A stretch of DNA of 25,837 nucleotides, taken from positions 1-25,837 of the forward strand of contig JBMNQN010000014.1 of the NCBI GenBank assembly GCA_050944155.1, written 5' to 3'. How positions within the stretch are numbered: the stretch's first letter is position 1; each line of letters starts with the position of its first letter. The translations under genes were made by a program, and so were the position numbers. The notes beneath the pieces are model-generated. The model worked only from the letters and a program-made list of their open reading frames with translations, had not been told where the DNA came from and did not search any database. Origin of the DNA: Candidatus Methanomethylophilaceae archaeon. Its GTDB lineage: Archaea; Thermoplasmatota; Thermoplasmata; Methanomassiliicoccales; Methanomethylophilaceae. Shown piece after piece: positions 11,328 through 19,175 of this stretch.

Positions 11328-11720
11328 ATACAGTCATCCGGTCTCGGCAGTTATCTGTCAAGCATTGCGAATTATACATGCCTAGTATTTAATATTTTGG
11401 AAATTCTTTATTAGTATTCGCAATTTGCCGTTAACCTTTCCGTTATTCATAGTATCTAAAACAATTCTACGGACGGATGGTATATCCATATCCGCACGGA
11501 TACACGGAAAGCCGAAGGACTCATACCGCGAATCAGGCAGTCATCGGCCGTCTTGTAAGCAAAAAGACGTCCCAGGCCCCTTTTATTATGCTTCAAACGG
11601 CGGTACTGCGCGGAATAATCGGACGCGGGACTTCGGAACGTAGGGTTTAATAATAACTACCGATATCTGTGGCCCAATCGATACGCCATTGGCGAATCAC
11701 ATAACAACGGAGGTAGCAAT

Positions 11721-12029
11721 ATGACTTGGGACATAATGTCGTTCCTGACAATCGTAGTATTCGTCTTTGCGCTCGTACTTTTGGTAGCTGGAATTTTCTC
11801 AGCCTATTTCGGAAGCGGAAAAAGCAGAGTGGCCGGCGTGATAATGCTGTTGGCCGGCTTGATCGCGGGCTTTGTGTGGGCTTATCTCGTAGGATACAGC
11901 GACATAGCGCTTTTTGCAGACGTAGCGGCATGGGATGTAATGTACAACACGATCATCAGCATGATCGGCGTCCTGATCGGAGCTCTTGTGGCTATCGGCA
12001 TATTCCTTGTCGTGGTCCTTAAGAGCTGA
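11721..12029 (+). CDS. Small integral membrane protein of unknown function (about 3 TM helices)
   Basis: SD GGAGGT, TATA-like TTTAATAA near 11646, three hydrophobic segments, loop 'AYFGSGKSR', downstream terminator hairpin. Confidence 0.8.
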   Translation: MTWDIMSFLTIVVFVFALVLLVAGIFSAYFGSGKSRVAGVIMLLAGLIAGFVWAYLVGYSDIALFADVAAWDVMYNTIISMIGVLIGALVAIGIFLVVVLKS

Positions 12030-12053
12030 TTCTGAATCGGCCCGAAATTTCTT

Positions 12054-12085
12054 ACCCACTTTCGGTGGGTTTTTATTCTTTTATT
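12054..12085 (+). terminator. Hairpin plus T-tract terminator
   Basis: ACCCAC-TTTCG-GTGGGT followed by TTTTATTCTTTTATT. Confidence 0.7.
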
Positions 12086-12099
12086 CTCTGGGTGCGGAT

Positions 12100-12579
12100 A
12101 TGCCCAAAGTGTTGATTATTCTCGGAAGCAAGAGCGACATGCCCGTTGCCGAGAAAGCGATTGCGGTTTTTGAACAGCTGTCGATAGATTACAGTCTGGC
12201 CGTAGCGTCGGCTCATAGAACTCCCGACAGAGTGGAAAAATTGGTCGAAGAAACGGACGCAGGCGTCATAATAGCTGTTGCCGGACTTTCGGCGGCTTTG
12301 CCCGGAGTCGTCGCTTCCCTGACGATCAAACCGGTCATAGGCGTTCCGGTCAGCGGAAAACTGAATCTCGACTCCATTCTTTCCGTGGTTCAGATGCCCG
12401 GAGGAGTTCCGGTGGCCGCGGTCGGCCTCGACAGGGGAGACAACGCGGCCGTTCTGGCTGCGGAAATATTCGCCCTCAACGACAAAAAGACCGCCGAAGC
12501 CCTGAAAGCATACAGGAAAAAACAGGCCGAAAAAGTGGCAGCGGATTCAGCCGAGGTCGAAAAAGATGTTCGATTCTGA
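12100..12579 (+). CDS. purE: N5-CAIR mutase / AIR carboxylase
   Basis: [47 protein letters not shown]; start ATG 12100. Confidence 0.95.
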   Translation: MPKVLIILGSKSDMPVAEKAIAVFEQLSIDYSLAVASAHRTPDRVEKLVEETDAGVIIAVAGLSAALPGVVASLTIKPVIGVPVSGKLNLDSILSVVQMPGGVPVAAVGLDRGDNAAVLAAEIFALNDKKTAEALKAYRKKQAEKVAADSAEVEKDVRF

Positions 12580-13507
12580 GAAATTCATAGACGAAGCCGT
12601 GGCTTCGGTGAAGAAGATATCCGAAGGAAAAGCGATAATCGCGTGTTCCGGAGGAGTAGATAGTTCGGTTGCGGCCGCGATAGCCGGAAAGGCCATGGGA
12701 GACAGGCTTCTCGCGGTGTTCGTGGACACGGGACTGATGCGCAAAGGGGAAGCGGACGAAGTGCGCGGAATGTTTGCCGATTCCGGTATCAATTTCAAAG
12801 CGGTAGACGCATCCGAAGAGTACATGGCGGCGCTGAAGGGCGTAACCGATCCCGAAAAGAAAAGAAAAATAATCGGCGAAAAGTTCATCAGAATTTTCGA
12901 AAGGGAAGCCAAAGCCTTCGGAGCCGAATATCTCGTGCAGGGAACCATAGCTCCCGACGTGATAGAATCGGGGGACGGGAAATCTTTGGTCAAATCCCAT
13001 CACAACGTGGGCGGTCTTCCCGAAGACATGAACATGAAGCTCATAGAACCCCTCAGAGACCTTTACAAGGAAGAGGTCAGACAGGTTGCCAGAAAACTGG
13101 GAATAAACTCTTCCGAAAGGCAGCCGTTTCCGGGGCCGGGACTCGCGGTGAGATGTCTCGCGGAGATAACTCCCGAGAACATCGGAATCGTGCGGGAAGC
13201 CTGCTGGATAGTCGAAGACGAAATAAAGAAAGCCGCCGAGGCGGGAAAGATGAAACTTCCCTGGCAGTACTTCGCGGTGCTGCTTCCCACGAAATCCGTC
13301 GGGGTCAGGAGAGACCGCAGAGTGTACGGAAACACCGTTGCCGTAAGAGCGGTGGAATCGTCGGACGGAATGACGGCGAAACACAGCGACATTCCTTCGG
13401 AGGTTCTGAACTCGATTTCCCGGCGCATAACGGATACGGTAAAAGAAGTCGGCAGGGTGGTTTACGACATCACGGACAAACCGCCCGCTACCATAGAGTG
13501 GGAGTGA
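12566..13507 (+). CDS. guaAb: GMP synthase, ATP pyrophosphatase subunit B
   Basis: [58 protein letters not shown]; no glutaminase domain. Confidence 0.95.
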   Translation: MFDSEKFIDEAVASVKKISEGKAIIACSGGVDSSVAAAIAGKAMGDRLLAVFVDTGLMRKGEADEVRGMFADSGINFKAVDASEEYMAALKGVTDPEKKRKIIGEKFIRIFEREAKAFGAEYLVQGTIAPDVIESGDGKSLVKSHHNVGGLPEDMNMKLIEPLRDLYKEEVRQVARKLGINSSERQPFPGPGLAVRCLAEITPENIGIVREACWIVEDEIKKAAEAGKMKLPWQYFAVLLPTKSVGVRRDRRVYGNTVAVRAVESSDGMTAKHSDIPSEVLNSISRRITDTVKEVGRVVYDITDKPPATIEWE

Positions 13508-13516
13508 GAAAAGTTT

Positions 13517-14380
13517 ACGTGGATCCTGTTTGCCGTCGGATCCGCCGTCTTTGCCGGCATAACGTCGATACTCGCGAAATGCGGAATTAAGAATACCGAT
13601 TCGAACGTGGCTACGGCCATACGGACGACCGTAGTTCTCGTGTTCGCATGGGTTATGGTATTCGCCGTCGGTTCCCAGAACGAAATAGCAGACATAGATT
13701 CAGAGACCTGGCTCTTTCTTATTCTGTCGGGTGCGGCCACCGGAGCCTCATGGCTCTGCTATTTCAAAGCGCTTCAGATGGGGTACGTAAACAAAGTCGT
13801 CCCTGTGGACAAATCCAGCACCGCTCTCACGATTATACTGGCACTTATATTTCTGGGAGAAGGGGTTACTCCGCTGAAACTTCTGGCGGTGGCTTCCATA
13901 GGCGTCGGAACCCTGATGATGATTCAGAAAAAAGAAGGGGAAGCCAAGGATCCGAAAGGCAGTGCCTGGCTGATTTATGCCGTGCTTTCCGCCGTCTTCG
14001 CCAGCCTCACGGCCATATTCGGAAAGGTCGGTATAAGCGGAGTGGAATCCAATCTCGGAACGGCCATAAGGACCGTGGTCGTTCTCATCATGGCGTGGCT
14101 GGTCGTTTTCGTAACCAAAAAACAGGACGACGTCCGCGGCATCGAAAAGAAAGAACTGGGTTTCATCTGCATGTCGGGCGTAGCCACCGGGGCTTCCTGG
14201 CTGTGTTTCTACAGGGCTCTCAAAGACGGGCCGGCAAGCGTCGTCGTTCCCATAGACAAACTGAGCATAATCGTTACGATTATTTTCTCGTACATAGTGT
14301 TCGGCGAAAAGCTTTCCGCGAAGGCCGCGGCAGGTCTTGTTTTGATAGTGGCAGGAACGCTGGCACTGCTGGTTCCGTGA
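13517..14380 (+). CDS. EamA/DMT family transporter (two repeats); inferred non-canonical ACG start
   Basis: Two homologous repeats (W...A..SAVFA..T.I..K.GI....SN..TAIRT; SG.ATGASWLC...AL; V.P.DK.S); repeat 1 extends 30 codons upstream of GTG 13607 to ACG 13517. Confidence 0.85.
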   Translation, partial: TWILFAVGSAVFAGITSILAKCGIKNTDSNVATAIRTTVVLVFAWVMVFAVGSQNEIADIDSETWLFLILSGAATGASWLCYFKALQMGYVNKVVPVDKSSTALTIILALIFLGEGVTPLKLLAVASIGVGTLMMIQKKEGEAKDPKGSAWLIYAVLSAVFASLTAIFGKVGISGVESNLGTAIRTVVVLIMAWLVVFVTKKQDDVRGIEKKELGFICMSGVATGASWLCFYRALKDGPASVVVPIDKLSIIVTIIFSYIVFGEKLSAKAAAGLVLIVAGTLALLVP

Positions 14381-14461
14381 TTCCGGACGGGCCGGAAATG
14401 CCGTTATAAAGACGGAGATGCGCACACAGTGCGCAAATCCGGATCGCGTATGCCGAGAAAA

Positions 14462-14725
14462 TCAGTTTCCGTTCGCCGCAATTCCTTCCAGTTCGCTGGT
14501 GGCTTTCCAGATAAGGGTTCTTGCGTGAAGCGGAGTGCTGTTGTCGTTTGCCAGGTCGTCGAGAATCATAATGGCGCTCGTGGCGCGTACGTCCATGGCA
14601 TCTTTTCCGTCGAGAAGTCTGGCTTTGGCTTCGGTAGCCCCTCTCCTGATGTTTTTGGGTATAGAATCGTCGTTTGCCAGGAAATCCAGTACTTCGGTTA
14701 CCGTTTTTATTCTGTTGTCTGTCAT
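14462..14725 (-). CDS. UPF0147 family protein
   Basis: D.SIPKNIRR.A, A...LDDLAND...PLHARTLIW...SELE signature. Confidence 0.88.
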   Translation of the reverse strand: MTDNRIKTVTEVLDFLANDDSIPKNIRRGATEAKARLLDGKDAMDVRATSAIMILDDLANDNSTPLHARTLIWKATSELEGIAANGN

Positions 14726-14739
14726 TTTAACACCCCTGT

Positions 14740-14904
14740 TCAGAAGGTTTCGAATTCTTCCTGAAGTTCGATAACCACTTGCTCGAGGACCTCCTCGAAC
14801 GCGGAGGCTTTGAATTCTCTTGTTCCGCCGAGGTCGCTTTGGATTCTTGCGACAAAATCGTTGTTTTCCTTAACGAATTCCACGTTGCACAAAACTTCTT
14901 CCAT
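14740..14904 (-). CDS. Small acidic hypothetical protein (54 aa)
   Basis: ATG 14904 with SD GAGGTG; TATA TTTATAGT at 14948-14941; co-oriented 14 nt before UPF0147. Confidence 0.7.
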   Translation of the reverse strand: MEEVLCNVEFVKENNDFVARIQSDLGGTREFKASAFEEVLEQVVIELQEEFETF

Positions 14905-15003
14905 GGACTCCACCTCTGGATAGAAAGCGAATATGCAACCACTATAAAGCGATGTCGGGCGGGTTCTCCGGCGCGCCGCCGGATTCTCTTGAAAGAGCCG
15001 TAC

Positions 15004-15018
15004 CGAAACGTTTATACA
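15004..15018 (+). promoter_or_regulatory. BRE/TATA promoter for secE-spt5-rpl11
   Basis: CGAAACG-TTTATACA. Confidence 0.6.
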
Positions 15019-15110
15019 AAGAACCATGTTTTAAGGTATACTTTCAGTCGCTGCCCTTCAGCGGTAGCGAGATAAAAATCCGCCTCGGGGCGGAAGGAAG
15101 ATTAGGTAAT

Positions 15111-15326
15111 ATGGCGGACAATACGATCCCCTTGGACGAAGGGCAGGAGACCAGGCAGCAGGGCTCGGCTTTCGGCAGATATTCGAGAATGATGAAGATG
15201 GCCCGCACTCCGACCAGGGACGAATACAGGAAAACCGTGGGGATTACCGCGTTAGGCATAATCCTTCTGGGAGCCGTAGGGTTCGCGATTATGTGGCTCA
15301 TGACCTATCTTCCGAAATTCTTCTGA
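15111..15326 (+). CDS. secE: Protein translocase subunit SecE (Sec61 gamma)
   Basis: GRYSRMMKMARTPTRDEY.KT..ITALGI.LLG.VGF; position before spt5; start ATG 15111. Confidence 0.92.
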   Translation: MADNTIPLDEGQETRQQGSAFGRYSRMMKMARTPTRDEYRKTVGITALGIILLGAVGFAIMWLMTYLPKFF

Positions 15327-15338
15327 GGTGTCATCAGT

Positions 15339-16169
15339 ATGTCAGACAATCATTATTCGGGGCCCTGCCTTTCCGGCGACAACGGTGTCAGAGTAGCCCG
15401 CGCCGGAGAAACCGCCGTATGGGATTTCTCCGTCGCCGCTTCCGCTTCCGAAGCCAAGCTGTCCTTTTCCGAAACCACCGGGCCCGATGCGGAAACAGCT
15501 CCCGAATGGGTTCTTACGGTTACGGATGCGACGGGCACGGAAATCTGGAGCAGCTACAGCAGCAAATCCCAGGTTGCGGTGGAGATCCCGGGCAAAAAAG
15601 ACAGGGAATTCAGGCTTACCGCCGAATGCCCCAAAGGTGCCAGATACGGCGACGAAGCCGTGATAATCATAGAAGCCGACTGCGGCGGAACCAAAGACCG
15701 CATGGAATTCAGAGCGTCGGCAAAACAGTCCATACTGGTTCTCAAGACCCAGATGGATCAGGAACGTTCGGCTTCCGACAGTCTCGCCGCAAAAGCGAAC
15801 ATAGGCGAGAAAGACATTTACGCGATTCTCAGTCCCGCGGGACTCAGAGGATACGTTTTCGTGGAAGCCATGAACACAGACCGTCTCAGAGAGAAAATCA
15901 GAGACATCAGGAAAGCATATTCCTTTATTCCGGGAGAAACCTCCCTGGAAGAAATCGACCATTACCTCACGCCGGTGTCCGCTGTCGTCGGCATCGTAGA
16001 GGGTGATATCGTGGAACTGGTCAACGGTCCGTTCAAGGGAGAGAAAGCCAGAGTCCAGAATATCGATGAAGGAAAGGAAGAAATCACGGTCGAACTGATC
16101 GAGGCAATGGTCCCGATCCCGGTGACAGTGAAAGGCGACAGCGTCAGAGTCATAGACAAGGAGAGATAA
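15339..16169 (+). CDS. spt5: Transcription elongation factor Spt5 (NusG) with about 130 aa of N-terminal extension
   Basis: NGN domain (LKTQ..QE, LRGYVFVEA), KOW domain (GDIVELVNGPFKGEKARV, EITVEL..AMVPIPVTV); SD GAGGTG. Confidence 0.93.
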   Translation: MSDNHYSGPCLSGDNGVRVARAGETAVWDFSVAASASEAKLSFSETTGPDAETAPEWVLTVTDATGTEIWSSYSSKSQVAVEIPGKKDREFRLTAECPKGARYGDEAVIIIEADCGGTKDRMEFRASAKQSILVLKTQMDQERSASDSLAAKANIGEKDIYAILSPAGLRGYVFVEAMNTDRLREKIRDIRKAYSFIPGETSLEEIDHYLTPVSAVVGIVEGDIVELVNGPFKGEKARVQNIDEGKEEITVELIEAMVPIPVTVKGDSVRVIDKER

Positions 16170-16172
16170 ACA

Positions 16173-16643
16173 ATGGCAGACACAGTCGAGGCATTGGTGG
16201 ACGGAGGCAGGGCCTCCGCGGGACCGCCTCTCGGACCCGCCCTGGGACCGAAAGGGGTCAACATCGGTCAGGTAATAGCCAAAATCAACGAGAAAACGAA
16301 AGCGTTCGACGGAATGAAGGTTCCCGTCAAAATCATAATCAACGACGACAAATCCTTCGAAATCAAAGTCGGAACCCCTCCCATTTCCGCACTCATAAAA
16401 GGCGAACTGGGACTGTCGAGCGGTTCCGGAAGCCCGAAGGCGGACAAAGTCGGAAACCTTACCATCGATCAGGCCAAGAAACTTGCCGACATGAAAAACG
16501 ACGACCTTCTGGGAGCGGACATGAAAGCCCGTGTCATGGAAGTTGCCGGAAACTGCGTTTCCATGGGCATTACCATTGACGGCAAGGACGCCAAGAAATT
16601 CCAGAAGGATGTCAAAGCGGGCCTTTACGACGACAAGTTCTGA
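16173..16643 (+). CDS. rpl11: 50S ribosomal protein uL11
   Basis: VDGGRASAGPPLGPALGP, F.GMKVPVKI, VGTPP, G.CVSMGI. Confidence 0.97.
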   Translation: MADTVEALVDGGRASAGPPLGPALGPKGVNIGQVIAKINEKTKAFDGMKVPVKIIINDDKSFEIKVGTPPISALIKGELGLSSGSGSPKADKVGNLTIDQAKKLADMKNDDLLGADMKARVMEVAGNCVSMGITIDGKDAKKFQKDVKAGLYDDKF

Positions 16644-16650
16644 AACAAAC

Positions 16651-16671
16651 AGGGGGTACAACCCCTTTTTT
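16651..16671 (+). terminator. Hairpin plus T-tract terminator after rpl11
   Basis: AGGGG-GTACAA-CCCCT followed by TTTTT. Confidence 0.7.
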
Positions 16672-16752
16672 CTTCTATATAATAAGAAATAAACTCCGTC
16701 CGCGTTGCGGCGGAAAGAGACAAACTCTTAAATACGGTTCTCACTTAGCCCA

Positions 16753-16796
16753 CTCTGCTTGTAGGAGGGCACCCGCCCGTAAGTACTACAAGGAGG
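16753..16796 (+). promoter_or_regulatory. Candidate uL1-binding autoregulatory RNA leader overlapping the rpl1 SD
   Basis: CTTGTAG-GA-GGGC-ACCC-GCCC-GTAAGTA-CTACAAG; asymmetric internal loop like known L1 sites; 3' arm runs into AAGGAGG; TATA CTTAAATA at 16727-16734. Confidence 0.72.
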
Positions 16797-16803
16797 AATT
16801 GTA

Positions 16804-17442
16804 TTGGCAGAAAAACCAACCGTAACAGCTGTGCAGAAGGCACTCGAGGGTGCAAAGAAGCGCAATTTTGTCGAAACGGTTGAGTTGGCCATCAATCTCA
16901 GGGATGTCGATCTTTCTATCCCCAAGAACCGTATCCAGGAGGACATCGTTCTCCCGGCCGGAAGGGGAAAGAAACTGAGAATCTGTGTGATTGGTGGCGG
17001 CGAACTAGCCTTGAAAGCCAAAGACGTTGCCGATCTCGTGATAAGTCCCGAAGAACTCGGGACTCTCGCGGACGACAGGAAACAGGCGAAAAAGATCGCG
17101 AACAGCATCGATTATTTCATTGCCGAAGCGCCCCTCATGGCCGTTGTAGGTAAGAGACTCGGTACCGTTCTCGGTCCCCGCGGAAAGATGCCGAAGCCCA
17201 TCGCGCCGGGCGCAGACCCGACACCGATGATCGACGCCCTCCGCAAGTCTGTGACCATCAGAACGAAAGACAGGAAAACCTTCCACGTATCCGTCGGCAC
17301 TGTCGAGATGAAGGCGGAGGATATTGCCGAGAATATCGACATCATCCTCAAGCGTGTCGAAGGCCGCCTCGAAAAGGGCAGCCACAACATCGCGTCCGTC
17401 TACGTCAAGACATCGATGGGTCCGTCCGAGAGGGTGATGTGA
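16804..17442 (+). CDS. rpl1: 50S ribosomal protein uL1 (TTG start)
   Basis: KKRNFVETVELAINL, FIAEAPLM, LGPRGKMP, VYVKTSMGP; SD AGGAGG. Confidence 0.97.
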   Translation: MAEKPTVTAVQKALEGAKKRNFVETVELAINLRDVDLSIPKNRIQEDIVLPAGRGKKLRICVIGGGELALKAKDVADLVISPEELGTLADDRKQAKKIANSIDYFIAEAPLMAVVGKRLGTVLGPRGKMPKPIAPGADPTPMIDALRKSVTIRTKDRKTFHVSVGTVEMKAEDIAENIDIILKRVEGRLEKGSHNIASVYVKTSMGPSERVM

Positions 17443-17453
17443 GGAGGTCTGAG

Positions 17454-18461
17454 ATGGCACACGTCGCAGAATGGAAGAAGGATCTGGTGAAGGAACTCGT
17501 GGACGGTATGCTCGAATACCCCGTCATCGCAGTCGTCGATGTGCACGGTATTGCAGGGCAGCAGATCCAGAACATGAGAGCCAAACTCAGGGGCCACGCC
17601 TACCTTAAAATGACCAAGAACAAACTCATGACCTTGGCCATCAAAGAGGCGGCTGAACAGAGACCCGGTCTGGAGGGCATATTGGATGCTGTGCACGGAC
17701 AGTGCGCAATAATAGCTTCCGATTACAGTCCGTTCAAGCTGTTCAAGCAGCTTGAATCGACCAAGACTCCCGCACCCGCCAAAGCGGGTCAGGAAGCGCC
17801 CTTCGACATCGTGATTCCCAAGGGACCCACGCCGTTCGGCCCCGGTCCGATCATCGGAGAACTTCAGAAGATAGGCCTTCCCGCCGCAATAGAGGCGGGA
17901 AAGATAGTAATCAAGAAGGATACCACCGTAGTGAAAAGCGGGGAACCGATTCCCACTCCGGTAGCAGTCATGCTTCCCAAACTCGGCATACTTCCCTTCA
18001 TCGTGGGACTGGACCTCAGGGCCGCCTACGAAGACGGAACCGTATACCACAGGGACGTATTGGACATACCCGACGGTTACTACAACGAAATGTTCGCCGC
18101 GGCAATCTATAACGCACGCGCTCTGGCAATCGAAATCGTCTACCCGACGGAACAGACAATCGGAGCACTCATAGCGAAGGCGTACAGAGAGGCAATGGCT
18201 CTCTCGATAGAAGCCGCAATCCCAACCAAAGACAGCATCGGAGCGCTCTTGGCCAAGGCAGACATGCAGATGCTTGCTTTAGCCGCAGCTGCAGGGTATC
18301 AGGACGACCGCATTTCCGCAAGGATATCCGCGTCCGCCGCGCCGGCGGCACCCGCAGAGCCGGAAAAAACCGATGAGAAAGGGGACGAGAACAGCGAAGA
18401 GATCAGCGAACAGGAAGCCGAAGAAAACACGGCTTCCGCGATGTTCAGCTTGTTCGGCTAA
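17454..18461 (+). CDS. rpl10: 50S ribosomal protein uL10 (P0)
   Basis: MAHVAEWK, GPTPFGPGPIIGELQ, Ala-rich hinge, acidic tail ending SLFG; SD GAGGAGG before ATG 17454. Confidence 0.96.
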   Translation: MAHVAEWKKDLVKELVDGMLEYPVIAVVDVHGIAGQQIQNMRAKLRGHAYLKMTKNKLMTLAIKEAAEQRPGLEGILDAVHGQCAIIASDYSPFKLFKQLESTKTPAPAKAGQEAPFDIVIPKGPTPFGPGPIIGELQKIGLPAAIEAGKIVIKKDTTVVKSGEPIPTPVAVMLPKLGILPFIVGLDLRAAYEDGTVYHRDVLDIPDGYYNEMFAAAIYNARALAIEIVYPTEQTIGALIAKAYREAMALSIEAAIPTKDSIGALLAKADMQMLALAAAAGYQDDRISARISASAAPAAPAEPEKTDEKGDENSEEISEQEAEENTASAMFSLFG

Positions 18462-18479
18462 ACAAAGGAGATGAAAAAC

Positions 18480-18794
18480 ATGGAGTATATCTACAGTGCA
18501 ATGGTACTTTACTCTGCAGGAAAGGACATTACCGAGGAATCGGTTGCTAACGTCCTTAAAGCTGCCGGAGTAGAGGCAGACGCAGCCAAGATCAAAGCTC
18601 TGATCGCTTCTCTCGACGGGGTCGACATAAAGGAGGCAATCGCAAACGCCTCCGTAGCCGCAGCCGCACCCGCAGCTGCCGCAGCCGCACCCGCCGCCGC
18701 TTCCGACGAACCTGCAAAGGAGAAGGAAGAAGAGGAAGAGGAAGCAGTCAGCGAAGAAGAGGCTGCCGCCGGTCTTAGCGCCCTTTTCGGATGA
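18480..18794 (+). CDS. rpl12: 50S ribosomal stalk protein P1 (L12p)
   Basis: [10 protein letters not shown], Ala-rich hinge, [13 protein letters not shown]. Confidence 0.97.
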   Translation: MEYIYSAMVLYSAGKDITEESVANVLKAAGVEADAAKIKALIASLDGVDIKEAIANASVAAAAPAAAAAAPAAASDEPAKEKEEEEEEAVSEEEAAAGLSALFG

Positions 18795-18854
18795 ACTCGG
18801 TACGGAAGACTGACAATCACAAACCTTTTACTTTATTCTCTTTATTTTGTGTAT

Positions 18855-19175
18855 ATGGAGCCCGACGAAATGGAATCTGTTGAAAGAGTCACCGTCAGGC
18901 TTAGCAGTCAAACCGTCGCACTTCTGAAAACACTGGTGGACGACGGCGAATATCAGAATCTTTCCGACGTTGTGCGGGACGCCATAGATTCGTTCATAAG
19001 TGCCAGATTCACTCCGGAGAACATAGCCAAAATCACGGTGGACCTTCCGAAGAAGAGAGCCACCGAGCTGGAAGAGCTGGTGAAGGACGGGGACGCGGTA
19101 TCCATGGAAGACGCGATACGCAACGCCGTGGTGGAATACGTAAGATCGAGGGTTCACCCGGAGGACAAGAATTGA
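18855..19175 (+). CDS. Tandem ribbon-helix-helix regulator, CdrS-like
   Basis: Two RHH repeats: ERVTVRLS...LVDDGEYQNLSDVVRDAI and KITVDLP...LVKDGDAVSMEDAIRNAV; stop overlaps the ftsZ-like start. Confidence 0.85.
   Translation: MEPDEMESVERVTVRLSSQTVALLKTLVDDGEYQNLSDVVRDAIDSFISARFTPENIAKITVDLPKKRATELEELVKDGDAVSMEDAIRNAVVEYVRSRVHPEDKN

Noticed and set aside
13505-13507. TGA readthrough fusing guaAb to EamA (same frame)
   Set aside because: guaAb ends at its canonical TIEWE; no selenocysteine context seen, and the fusion is implausible
12566-13507. GMP synthase lacking a glutaminase domain
   Set aside because: Split GuaAa/GuaAb is normal in many archaea
14967-14983. TCCGGCG-CGC-CGCCGGA inverted repeat
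   Set aside because: Single GC-rich palindrome between divergent promoters; no second copy or assignable role
16670-16682. Partial third copy of the shared promoter motif (TTCTTCTATATAA)
   Set aside because: Lacks the CAAAC end, overlaps the rpl11 terminator T-tract and would point antisense into rpl11; probably chance in AT-rich DNA
18655-18700. GCAGCCGCACCC repeats
   Set aside because: Encode the normal Ala/Pro hinge of P1; not CRISPR or a mobile repeat
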